DNA of 39,838 nucleotides from Candidatus Peregrinibacteria bacterium (lineage in GTDB: Bacteria > Patescibacteriota > Gracilibacteria > UBA1369 > LOWO2-01-FULL-3): contig JACRIB010000016.1 of NCBI GenBank assembly GCA_016235895.1, positions 1-39,838 on the forward strand. The letters run 5' to 3'. The first letter of the stretch is position 1; each line of letters starts with the position of its first letter. Below the pieces are notes generated by a model. It did no database searches and was not told where the DNA came from. It worked only from the letters and a program-made list of their open reading frames with translations. The position numbers were made by a program, and so were the translations under genes. Positions 15,972 through 24,724 of this stretch are shown here, in pieces.

Positions 15972-17093
15972 ATGCTTTCAAAAAAACTTTCAATTGTTTT
16001 AGTGGCTGTTTTGACAGCCGGTATACTGGTAAACAGCAGCACTTTCGCGGCAGCGAAAAAGGTTAAAGACATCTCCGGCACGGAAGATTTTAAGGATTTG
16101 AATATTGTGGTCGACGGCAAAAAGTTGGATTCAAAGAAAACTGAAGCGCCAAAAAAGGTTCGCAAAAAGGTAAAACAGATCGGCGCGACGGTGATTTCCA
16201 ATCCCGACTCTTGCGCCTTTAATTATCCCGATACCGAATCTTATGGCGCCGATGTGGTTTCTATCAGACGTCAATTAAAAGTTAATCCGGGTGAGAGTTT
16301 TCGGGTGAAAGTATTTTTGAGAAATACCAGTAATATGCCCTGGTTCTCAAACAAAAGCGACTGTCATGGATTAAAAATGTCTTTGGGTACCGATAAAGAA
16401 CGGGATCACGATAGTATTTTTTACAATCAGGGGTTGGCCGGATGGGAAGGATCAAATCGCATTGGAATGGATCAGTTAAGAGTAGATCCGGGACAAATCG
16501 CTTCATTTACCTTTACCGCTCAGGCCGCCACAAATGGCGATGTTTACAAGGAATATTTCGCCCCTGTTTTGAAAGATGTACAGTGGCTCGACAGCTCCCG
16601 ATTTTATTTGGATGTAATGGTGGGAGATACCGATGAAAGTGCCGGTGACTTAAGAAAGAAGATTGCTTATTCCACAACCAGCGGTTCGGTGATGAATATT
16701 GATTTAAACGCGCAAAAAAGTGTACACGTGGATCTTGCCGAACAAACTTTACATGCGTATTTGGGAGATTCGGAAGTACAAAGCTTTAGGGTAAGCACGG
16801 GTAAGTCTTCCACTCCCACCCCAAAAGGTTCATTTAAAATTTTCCTTAAGCAAAATGTGAGAGTTGGATCTGAGCCACCCCATTATGTTATGCCAAAATT
16901 TCAAATGTTTATAGACAACGGTACCGGTTTTCATGCTTTGCCAAGCTTAGCCGGAGATGGCGGGACTTTCTGGACGGAAGCGAGAAATCATATCGGTATA
17001 CCCGTAAGTCATGGTTGCGTAAGATTGTTACCTGAAGACGCGGATTGGCTGTTTGATTTTTCGGATACGGAAACGAAGGTGAATATTTCCTGA
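15972..17093 (+). CDS. L,D-transpeptidase (YkuD domain) with N-terminal membrane anchor
   Basis: C-terminal HALPS...SHGCVRL catalytic motif and a hydrophobic N-terminus. Confidence 0.85.
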   Translation: MLSKKLSIVLVAVLTAGILVNSSTFAAAKKVKDISGTEDFKDLNIVVDGKKLDSKKTEAPKKVRKKVKQIGATVISNPDSCAFNYPDTESYGADVVSIRRQLKVNPGESFRVKVFLRNTSNMPWFSNKSDCHGLKMSLGTDKERDHDSIFYNQGLAGWEGSNRIGMDQLRVDPGQIASFTFTAQAATNGDVYKEYFAPVLKDVQWLDSSRFYLDVMVGDTDESAGDLRKKIAYSTTSGSVMNIDLNAQKSVHVDLAEQTLHAYLGDSEVQSFRVSTGKSSTPTPKGSFKIFLKQNVRVGSEPPHYVMPKFQMFIDNGTGFHALPSLAGDGGTFWTEARNHIGIPVSHGCVRLLPEDADWLFDFSDTETKVNIS

Positions 17094-17168
17094 TCGTAGA
17101 ATTCAATCTCAAAATATACCCTTTTTTCATAGTCGGGTTTTGGATATAATGCGAGTCCGAGATCAACT

Positions 17169-19364
17169 ATGAATAAAATTCTGGAAAATTTGAACGATAA
17201 GCAGCTTGAGGTGGTGACGCACTTTAAAGGACCTTTGCTGGTTATTGCCGGCGCGGGTAGTGGCAAGACGCGAGCCTTGACGCACAGGATTGCTTATTTA
17301 ATACAGGAAAAAGGTGTAAATCCCTGGAATATTTTGGCGGTTACTTTTACCAATAAGGCGGCTAATGAAATGAAGAAAAGGGTTGAGAGACTATTGGTGC
17401 GAGATGGTTTTTTGGGTAACAATGCCCCAGCTTCGCCGGGCTGGCTTACCATCGGCACTTTTCATTCCGCCTGTATGCGTATTTTGCGCAAACATATTCA
17501 TCTTCTGGGCTATGAAAATACCTTTGTGGTTTACGATGACGCCGATCAGCAAATTTTGATAAAAAGAATTATTGAAGAAATGGGTTTGGACACCAAAAAG
17601 GTCACTCCAAAAGCTGTTTTGAATCATATTTCCAACGCTAAGAATCAATTGATCGGTCCGGCGGAATATATGCAATTTGCCGGTGATTATTTTTCGGAAA
17701 AAGTGGCGCAAATTTATCCGCGTTATCAAAAGAATTTACAAAAAAATAACGCGGTGGATTTTGATGATATTATCATGAAAACCGTCGAACTTTTTCATCA
17801 ATTTCCGGACATTCTCGATTATTATCAGGAAAAATTTAAATTCATTTCGGTGGATGAGTATCAGGATACCAACAAAGCGCAGTATGTGTTGATAAAATTG
17901 TTGGCTCAAAAATATCAAAATATTTGTGTGATCGGTGATGTGGATCAGAGTATTTACAGTTGGCGCGGAGCCACCATTCAGAATATTCTGGATTTCGAGA
18001 AAGATTATAGAGACGTAAAGGCCGTGGTTTTGGAACAGAATTATCGTTCGACGCAAATTATTTTGGATGCTTCCAACATTGTCATTCAAAAAAATGTAAA
18101 AAGAAAAGAGAAAAAATTGTGGACCGATAGGGAGGGTGGAGAAAAAATCAGGCATTGGCTGGCGGATAATGAGCGCCATGAGGGAGAGATGATTGCCGGT
18201 GAAATCGAGAATCTTTTAGTGGGTAGCGAATGTCCTCGTTATAACGATTTTGTTGTTTTGTATCGCACAAATGCCCAGTCGCGCGTGCTGGAAGAAGTTT
18301 TTTTGAAATATGGAATTCCTTACAGGATCATGGGGGGTATTCGCTTTTATCAGCGCAAGGAAATAAAGGATATTTTGGCTTATCTCCGTGTTATTCAGAA
18401 TCCGAACGATTCCGTGAGTTTGACTAGAATTATTAATGTGCCCGCCAGAAAAATCGGCGCGAAAACCCTGGAATGTCTGCAGGAATTCGCTTCAAGAAAT
18501 AATTTGTCTTTATTTAACGCCATGATTTTGGCCAATGACGTGCCGGAACTTTCCGGCAGCAAGTCCGAAGAAATTAACAAATTCGTGAAGATTATTAAAG
18601 AGCTGCAAAAATTGAATACTGAATTTCGGGCCTCGGGAATGATAAAACTGGTGCTGGATCGTAGCGGTTACAAAAAATTTATTGATGATGGAAGCGTCGA
18701 GGCCGAGGCCAGGCTGGAAAATATCGCGGAGCTGGTATCCGTGGCGGCTAAATATGACAAGCTGGAGCCGGCGATGTCCTTGAATATTTTCCTGGAAGAA
18801 GTGAGTTTGATTGCCGATGTGGATTCTTTGAAGGAAGAAGATAATGCCGTTACCTTGATGACCGTGCATTCGGCTAAGGGCCTGGAATTTCCTTGTGTAT
18901 TTATCGCCGGTCTGGAGGAAGGAATTTTCCCTCACAATCGTAGTTTGCTCGATAGGCAGGAGCTGGAAGAAGAACGCAGATTGATGTATGTGGCGATGAC
19001 CAGAGCAATGGATGTTTTGTATTTGTTGCACGCGCGGCAACGTACTCTTTACGGTGAATCGCGGGTCAATGCACCATCACAATTTTTGGAAGAAATTGAC
19101 GATGAGTTAGTGGAGGCGAATTTCGGCGGACATGGAAGTAAGAGTCGTTTAGCGGTTGAAGATATTGTGTATAGGCCCATTCCTGTGGAATTAGACCGAG
19201 GCATTGAGGTGGAATTTGGCGTCGGTGATAAAGTAGGGCATAATGTTTTTGGTACGGGTATTGTAATCAATATTACCGGTGGTGTGGCGACAATAGCTTT
19301 CGAAGATCCAAAAATCGGGATAAGAAAACTGGCCTTGAGCATCGCGCCTCTAAAAAAAGTTTAA
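17169..19364 (+). CDS. pcrA: ATP-dependent DNA helicase PcrA/UvrD
   Basis: AGAGSGKTR, DEYQDTN, QNYRST, TVHSAKGLEF, VAMTRA, and a C-terminal Tudor-like tail. Confidence 0.95.
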   Translation: MNKILENLNDKQLEVVTHFKGPLLVIAGAGSGKTRALTHRIAYLIQEKGVNPWNILAVTFTNKAANEMKKRVERLLVRDGFLGNNAPASPGWLTIGTFHSACMRILRKHIHLLGYENTFVVYDDADQQILIKRIIEEMGLDTKKVTPKAVLNHISNAKNQLIGPAEYMQFAGDYFSEKVAQIYPRYQKNLQKNNAVDFDDIIMKTVELFHQFPDILDYYQEKFKFISVDEYQDTNKAQYVLIKLLAQKYQNICVIGDVDQSIYSWRGATIQNILDFEKDYRDVKAVVLEQNYRSTQIILDASNIVIQKNVKRKEKKLWTDREGGEKIRHWLADNERHEGEMIAGEIENLLVGSECPRYNDFVVLYRTNAQSRVLEEVFLKYGIPYRIMGGIRFYQRKEIKDILAYLRVIQNPNDSVSLTRIINVPARKIGAKTLECLQEFASRNNLSLFNAMILANDVPELSGSKSEEINKFVKIIKELQKLNTEFRASGMIKLVLDRSGYKKFIDDGSVEAEARLENIAELVSVAAKYDKLEPAMSLNIFLEEVSLIADVDSLKEEDNAVTLMTVHSAKGLEFPCVFIAGLEEGIFPHNRSLLDRQELEEERRLMYVAMTRAMDVLYLLHARQRTLYGESRVNAPSQFLEEIDDELVEANFGGHGSKSRLAVEDIVYRPIPVELDRGIEVEFGVGDKVGHNVFGTGIVINITGGVATIAFEDPKIGIRKLALSIAPLKKV

Positions 19365-19381
19365 AAATAACCTGCTAAAAA

Positions 19382-20626
19382 ATGCAAATGTACAACGAGA
19401 TTGGACCGAGAAGATCTTATAGATTTTATTTTTATGTTTTGGTAGCGATTGTGAGTTTTGCCATTGGCTGGGAAGCCAGTAGATTGGGCTGGTTTACCAC
19501 AAATATGGTCAAAGTCGAAACCAATAATAATGCCGGTAAGATTTTTGATCAGTCCAAGAAAAATGTGGATATGGGCTTGTTCTGGAAGATTTGGGGAGAA
19601 TTGGAAGACAAGTACGTGGATGAAAATGTGATTAAAAATGAGAGCATGGTTTATGGAGCCATCAAAGGCATGGTGAATGCTTTGAGTGATCCGTATACCG
19701 TTTTTATGACGCCGGAAGAGAGCGTGCAATTCAGTGAAAGTCTGGAAGGAACCTTGGAGGGAATTGGCGCGGAATTGACGGTGAAAGACAAAAATTTAAT
19801 TATCGCTTCTCCTTTGAAAAAAAGTCCGGCGGAAAAAGCGGGTTTGCTTTCCGGTGATATTATATACAAAATTGATGGCAAATCGGCTGAAAATATGAAT
19901 TTGGTGGATGCGATTAATAAGATACGTGGGAAAAAAGGTACGACGGTAACCCTGACGATTATTCGTAAGAAACTGGATAAACCTTTTGACGTGACAATTG
20001 TCAGAGACAGTATAGACATTGAAAGTGTCACCGAAGAAAAACTCCCCAATGGTATTGTTTATTTGAGTGTTAATCAATTTAACGACAAAACGAATGATGA
20101 GTTTGGAAAATATATTTCCGAATTGATTTTAAATGAGCCAAAAGGTTTGATTATAGATCTACGCTACAACGGTGGCGGCTACCTGGATATCGCGGTGCAG
20201 CTTTTGTCCTATTTGATGCCAAAAGATACTTCTGCGGTGATTATTAAGGAAAGGGGTAAAGGCGACAATACTTTATATACCAATGGTAATCCCAAGCTTT
20301 TGAATGTGCCGCTGGTGGTTTTGGTGAATGATGGCAGCGCTTCAGCTTCGGAAATTGTGGCCGGAGCCATTCAGGATCATAAGCGCGGGGTGTTGATGGG
20401 CGTGAAAACTTTCGGTAAAGGCAGTGTGCAAGAGGTGGAGAAGTTTTCTGATGGATCAAGTTTGAGAGTGACCATTGCCAAGTGGTTTACGCCTAATAAT
20501 AGGACGATAAACAAGGTGGGGCTGATTCCCGATGTAGTGGTGGAAATTAGTGATGAGGACATAAAAAAGACTTATGATCGACAGAAGGAAGAGGCAATAA
20601 AGTATCTGGAAAATTTGAAGAAATAA
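19382..20626 (+). CDS. ctpA: S41 carboxy-terminal processing protease with PDZ domain
   Basis: PDZ (GDIIYKIDG), GSASASEIVAGA, TFGKGSVQ, and an N-terminal TM segment. Confidence 0.9.
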   Translation: MQMYNEIGPRRSYRFYFYVLVAIVSFAIGWEASRLGWFTTNMVKVETNNNAGKIFDQSKKNVDMGLFWKIWGELEDKYVDENVIKNESMVYGAIKGMVNALSDPYTVFMTPEESVQFSESLEGTLEGIGAELTVKDKNLIIASPLKKSPAEKAGLLSGDIIYKIDGKSAENMNLVDAINKIRGKKGTTVTLTIIRKKLDKPFDVTIVRDSIDIESVTEEKLPNGIVYLSVNQFNDKTNDEFGKYISELILNEPKGLIIDLRYNGGGYLDIAVQLLSYLMPKDTSAVIIKERGKGDNTLYTNGNPKLLNVPLVVLVNDGSASASEIVAGAIQDHKRGVLMGVKTFGKGSVQEVEKFSDGSSLRVTIAKWFTPNNRTINKVGLIPDVVVEISDEDIKKTYDRQKEEAIKYLENLKK

Positions 20627-20666
20627 GGAATTAAAGGGCCTGGTGAATATGCTGGGCTCTTTTTTC

Positions 20667-20718
20667 TTGACAATTTTTGACAGCTTGATATTATGCTATT
20701 GTACTATTATGATAGCAC
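20667..20718 (+). promoter_or_regulatory. trp operon promoter (TTGACA-16-TATTAT) with a TrpR-type operator
   Basis: TTGACA at 20667-20672 (second copy at 20677-20682) and TATTAT at 20689-20694. GTACTAT-TATG-ATAGCAC at 20701-20718 has the same geometry as the E. coli trp operator GTACTAG-TTAA-CTAGTAC. Confidence 0.5.
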
Positions 20719-20734
20719 GTAAATATTTCGGTTT

Positions 20735-20995
20735 ATGGAAAAACAATACGTAAAAGAATTGGCAAAAACGGTGGCTTCAATAAGGGATAATGAGTTGGCG
20801 GAGGCATTCCTGCACAATATCCTGACTCCCGCTGAATTGGATGAAATATCCAAGAGATTACAGATCGTAAAGCTTCTGATGAAAGGTGTTTCCCAGCGAG
20901 ATGTAGCCAAGAAATTGGGTGTAAGCATGGGCACTGTAAGTCGTGGATCGCGAGAACTTAAATATGGTGAAAATGGTTTTAAAAAAATATTGTAA
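20735..20995 (+). CDS. Trp-repressor-family (TrpR/YerC) protein
   Basis: LTPAELDEISKRLQIVKLL and the HTH SQRDVAKKLGVSMGTVSRGS resemble TrpR. Confidence 0.75.
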   Translation: MEKQYVKELAKTVASIRDNELAEAFLHNILTPAELDEISKRLQIVKLLMKGVSQRDVAKKLGVSMGTVSRGSRELKYGENGFKKIL

Positions 20996-22415
20996 AGAAA
21001 TAAAGTGTGAGGATGCCTCGAAAGTTTTTTCCAGAATAATTGGATTATCCGAGAAAAATTTTTTATTGGAATCCAAGGATATTTCTCATATTTATGGCAG
21101 GTTGAGTCTGATGGGTGTGGATCCGGTGCTGGAAATACGAGGCAAGAATAATGGCTTCGGAATTGAGATTTTGAATGGTCGCGGTAAAAAATATTTGCAC
21201 GAATTGGCTGATAAAGATTTGAAGATTTGTGATAGTTTTAAAAGAACGAAAACGGGAATCGAGAGTGTTGTAAAAAAATCTAAAAATAAAAATATTTCGC
21301 AAATTATTAGATTGTTTATTAAAAAATTTAAGCAGGAGAAAAAAGAATTGATTGGTTTATATGGTGCGGTGGCTTACGATTTTATCAGATTATTCGAAGA
21401 TATTCCGGAAATTTTGTCTGATGGCGGAGTGGATGATTTCAGATTGTGTTTATATGATACTTTCGTGTTTTTTGATCACTTGAAGGATAAAGCGGAGATT
21501 GTGGCCTATCGCGAAACCATAAAAGAAGGTGAAAAAGTGGCGGAAAGTTTGGCAAGGAAAGTTTGCGGAAAAGACATAAAATTTGGCTTTAAAATCAAAA
21601 ATGCTAAATTTGGACTGGACAAAGAAAGGTACAAAGATTTGGTGAAAGATGCCAAGGATTTGGCTAAGCGTGGCGAGTTATTTGAGGTTGTGTACTCAAA
21701 TACTTTAAGGGCGGATTTTAGCGGGAAGCCTTTTGCTTTGTATCAAAAATATCGAGAAGTGAATCCCTCGCCTTATCTTTTTTATTTTGATTTTTGTGAT
21801 GAACAATTGGTGGGGGCTTCTCCGGAAATGATGGTGAGAGTGGAAAACGGTTTGGTGCATCTAAGGCCGATTTCGGGTACGGCAAAAAGGGGGGATGATC
21901 CAATCGAGGATCACGAAAATATGTTGGCTTTATTGGCCAGTGAAAAAGAGCGTGCCGAGCTTGATATGCTTATAGATTTGGGGCGTAATGATTTAGCCAT
22001 TGTTTGCGAACCGGGAATTGAAATCAGTGATTATCGTTTCGTGGAAAAATATTCAAAAGTAATGCATACGGTGGCTCATTTGAGCGGTAAATTGCGCAGC
22101 GAATGCACCGCTTTGGACGCTCTTATCGCTTGTTTAAATGCCGGTACTTTGACCGGTGCGCCCAAGGTCGCGGCGATGATCGAAATTGAGAAAAAAGAAG
22201 ATTCAAGACGTGGCTATTATGGCGGCACCGTGGGCTATTTTGCTTTTTCGGGAGAAATGGATACCGGCATAATTATTCGTACGGCACATATAAAAAATGG
22301 CAGTTTGAGCTTTAGAAGCGGCGCTACTTTACTCTACGATTCCGATCCTGAAGCCGAATACCAGGAAACGATGAATAAAGCGCGGGCTTTTTTAACAACT
22401 TTTCAATATGAATAA
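20943..22415 (+). CDS. trpE: anthranilate synthase component I
   Basis: LRPISGTAKRG, GAPKVAAMIEIE and RRGYYGGTVGYF. The true start is probably 20964 or 20973, because the ORF-track start overlaps the trpR-like gene. Confidence 0.9.
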   Translation: MDRENLNMVKMVLKKYCKEIKCEDASKVFSRIIGLSEKNFLLESKDISHIYGRLSLMGVDPVLEIRGKNNGFGIEILNGRGKKYLHELADKDLKICDSFKRTKTGIESVVKKSKNKNISQIIRLFIKKFKQEKKELIGLYGAVAYDFIRLFEDIPEILSDGGVDDFRLCLYDTFVFFDHLKDKAEIVAYRETIKEGEKVAESLARKVCGKDIKFGFKIKNAKFGLDKERYKDLVKDAKDLAKRGELFEVVYSNTLRADFSGKPFALYQKYREVNPSPYLFYFDFCDEQLVGASPEMMVRVENGLVHLRPISGTAKRGDDPIEDHENMLALLASEKERAELDMLIDLGRNDLAIVCEPGIEISDYRFVEKYSKVMHTVAHLSGKLRSECTALDALIACLNAGTLTGAPKVAAMIEIEKKEDSRRGYYGGTVGYFAFSGEMDTGIIIRTAHIKNGSLSFRSGATLLYDSDPEAEYQETMNKARAFLTTFQYE

Positions 22416-23034
22416 TATGGTGATAAAAAAAGGAAAAGAGAGAGAAAAGAAAATTTTTAAAAAAATTTTCTTGTTAGATAATTTCGATTCGTTTACTTTC
22501 AATTTGGTGGATTATTTTAGGCAGCTGGGATGCGAAGTTTTTGTTTATAGAAACGACGTAGACGTTGGTGTCGTGGACAAAGTGAAACCGGATTTGATTG
22601 TTTTTTCGCCCGGGCCATCGGTGCCGAAGAATGCCGGCAATATGATGAAAATAATTGATAAATATCATAAAAAATATCCGATGTTTGGGGTGTGCTTGGG
22701 TCATGAAGCTTTTGTGGAATACTTTGGTGGCAGTTTGAAATTCGTGAAGCCGGTGCATGGAAGAAATAGTCCGATTGAGCACGATGGAAAGACTATTTTT
22801 AGTGGAATTGAGCCTGGATTTTTGGCTGGCAGATATCATTCTCTTTGTGCAGATAAAGTGCCTGCGTGTTTTGAAGTTAGTGCTAAATTTGAAGGATTGG
22901 TGATGGCGATGAGACATAAAACTTTGCCAATTGAAGGGGTGCAGTTTCATCCGGAATCGGTGTTGACCATGAAGCATGGAAATGGCTTCAAGATGATAGA
23001 AAACGTAGTTAATAAAAAATTTGCCAATGTTTAA
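22408..23034 (+). CDS. trpG: anthranilate synthase component II (glutamine amidotransferase)
   Basis: LLDNFDSFTFNL, GVCLGHEA and GVQFHPES. Confidence 0.9.
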   Translation: MNNMVIKKGKEREKKIFKKIFLLDNFDSFTFNLVDYFRQLGCEVFVYRNDVDVGVVDKVKPDLIVFSPGPSVPKNAGNMMKIIDKYHKKYPMFGVCLGHEAFVEYFGGSLKFVKPVHGRNSPIEHDGKTIFSGIEPGFLAGRYHSLCADKVPACFEVSAKFEGLVMAMRHKTLPIEGVQFHPESVLTMKHGNGFKMIENVVNKKFANV

Positions 23035-24724
23035 GAAAAAGGAAATTAGGGCTTTTTTGAATGACTCAATTGCGGGGAAATTGTGTGTGGATGAACAGGT
23101 AAAATTTTTGGCGGAATTCACGCCAGAGAAAGTCACTGCCGAGCAGCTAAAAATATTTGCAAAATTTATGTTAAGCAAAATCACCACCAAGCTGAAAATG
23201 CCTGGAGCAATTGACATTTGTGGTACCGGTGGGTCGGGTTTAGCGCGTATAAATACGTCCACAATTGCGGCTTTTATTCTTACCGAGTTGGGCGTGGGAG
23301 TTGCTAAGCACGGCAACAAAGCGGCGAGTGGCAGATGTGGCAGTTTCGATCTACTGGAAGCGCTGGGTGTGCAGATTGACAAGAGCCCCGAAGAGCTGGA
23401 AAAAATGTATAGGAAAAAAGGCTTGGCATTTATTTTTGCCAGAAATTTCCATCCGGTTATGAAGCATTTTGCGGAGGCAAGAAAAATTCTTGGCAAACCT
23501 ACAATTCTGAATTTGCTTGGCCCTTTGCTTAATCCGGCCGAGCCTAAAATGCAGATTATTGGAACGAGTTTCAAGGGTCAAATGAGAATGATCGCTCAAA
23601 CAGCGAAGCTTTTGGGAAAGAAAAATGTGTTAATAGTAAGGGGTGAAGATGGCTTGGATGAGGTCACATTGACCGGTAAAACTGACGTGGTGGAGTTGAG
23701 TGATGGGAAAATTAAAGAATATCAAATTCGGCCGGAGGATTTTGGGTTGAAAGCCGTTGATTTTGCGGAAATTAGTGGTGGAAATTTGGAAACTAACAAG
23801 AAAATTGCTGAGGAAATTCTATGTGGTGAACGAAAAGATAGTAAAGCTGATTTGGTCTTTGTGAATTGTGCCTTAGTACTGAAAATGATGGGGAAAGTTG
23901 AGGCTTTGAGAGATGGATATGAGTTGGCAAAAAGTGTTAGCGGGAAGAGGAAATTAGAGGCTTGCAGGGGAAATGTCTTAGAGGAGATTGCTGCTTCTAA
24001 AATAATCAAGAAGGCCACGAGGAATTTTTTTGAGACTTTATTCAAAAAAAGCGCTCGCGGTGCCTTGCCTACCGGCAGGCAGGCTCGCGCTTTGATTGCC
24101 GAAGTGAAATTTGCTTCGCCAAGCAAAGGGAAAATTTATAAAGGGAAAATTGGCGCTGAAACAGCGGTGAAAATTGCTAAATTATATGAAAAATATGGAG
24201 CAAGCGCCGTGTCAGTTTTAACTGATGAAAAATATTTTAATGGCAGTTTTGAATATTTGAAAAAAGTAAAAGAAGTGACAAAAAATGTGCCGATCCTATG
24301 TAAGGATTTCATTGTAACCGAATATCAAATTTTTAAAGCGCGAGAATATGGCGCAGATGCAATTTTGCTGATTGCTAAACTGCTTACTGTAGGGCAAATG
24401 CAGCATTTTTTGAAACTTGCAAGGAGCTTAAGTATGGAATGTTTGGTTGAAGTTCACAACGAAGAAGAATTGGCAAAAGTTCTAAAAACTGATGCGAAAA
24501 TCATTGGCATAAATAATAGAAATTTGAGTGATTTTACGATTGATTTGGAGACTACAAATAGGCTGGTGAAGCAAATTCCAAAAGATAAGATAATTGTTGC
24601 GGAAAGCGGCATATCCAGCCGTGAAGATTTGAATAAATTAGATAAAAGAGTCGATGCGATACTTGTCGGCACCGGCTTAATGAGTGCGAAAAATATAACC
24701 AAGAAAATTCATGAACTCACTTAA
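23021..24724 (+). CDS. fusion: anthranilate phosphoribosyltransferase (TrpD) :: indole-3-glycerol-phosphate synthase (TrpC)
   Basis: The N-terminal half has CGTGGSG and HGNKAASGRCGSFDLLEALG. The C-terminal half has LIAEVKFASPSKG and LTDEKYFNGS. There is no TrpF-sized segment. Confidence 0.85.
   Translation: MPMFKKKEIRAFLNDSIAGKLCVDEQVKFLAEFTPEKVTAEQLKIFAKFMLSKITTKLKMPGAIDICGTGGSGLARINTSTIAAFILTELGVGVAKHGNKAASGRCGSFDLLEALGVQIDKSPEELEKMYRKKGLAFIFARNFHPVMKHFAEARKILGKPTILNLLGPLLNPAEPKMQIIGTSFKGQMRMIAQTAKLLGKKNVLIVRGEDGLDEVTLTGKTDVVELSDGKIKEYQIRPEDFGLKAVDFAEISGGNLETNKKIAEEILCGERKDSKADLVFVNCALVLKMMGKVEALRDGYELAKSVSGKRKLEACRGNVLEEIAASKIIKKATRNFFETLFKKSARGALPTGRQARALIAEVKFASPSKGKIYKGKIGAETAVKIAKLYEKYGASAVSVLTDEKYFNGSFEYLKKVKEVTKNVPILCKDFIVTEYQIFKAREYGADAILLIAKLLTVGQMQHFLKLARSLSMECLVEVHNEEELAKVLKTDAKIIGINNRNLSDFTIDLETTNRLVKQIPKDKIIVAESGISSREDLNKLDKRVDAILVGTGLMSAKNITKKIHELT
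24051..24090. repeat. GC-rich GCTCGC-bounded palindromic element inside the TrpC part
   Basis: GCTCGC (24053-24058), then N24, then GCTCGC (24083-24088). The core GCCTACCGGCAGGCAGG closely resembles the recX/pilB 17-mer. GGCAGGCTCGC is shared with 36476-36486. Confidence 0.65.

Noticed and set aside
22474-23574. 366-aa minus-strand ORF, and many other long antisense ORFs (for example 6676-7260, 10863-11372, 18510-19040)
   Set aside because: They lie fully antisense to genes with unambiguous family motifs (trpG/trpD, pilB, purM, pcrA), and their translations are low-complexity. They are treated as shadow ORFs.
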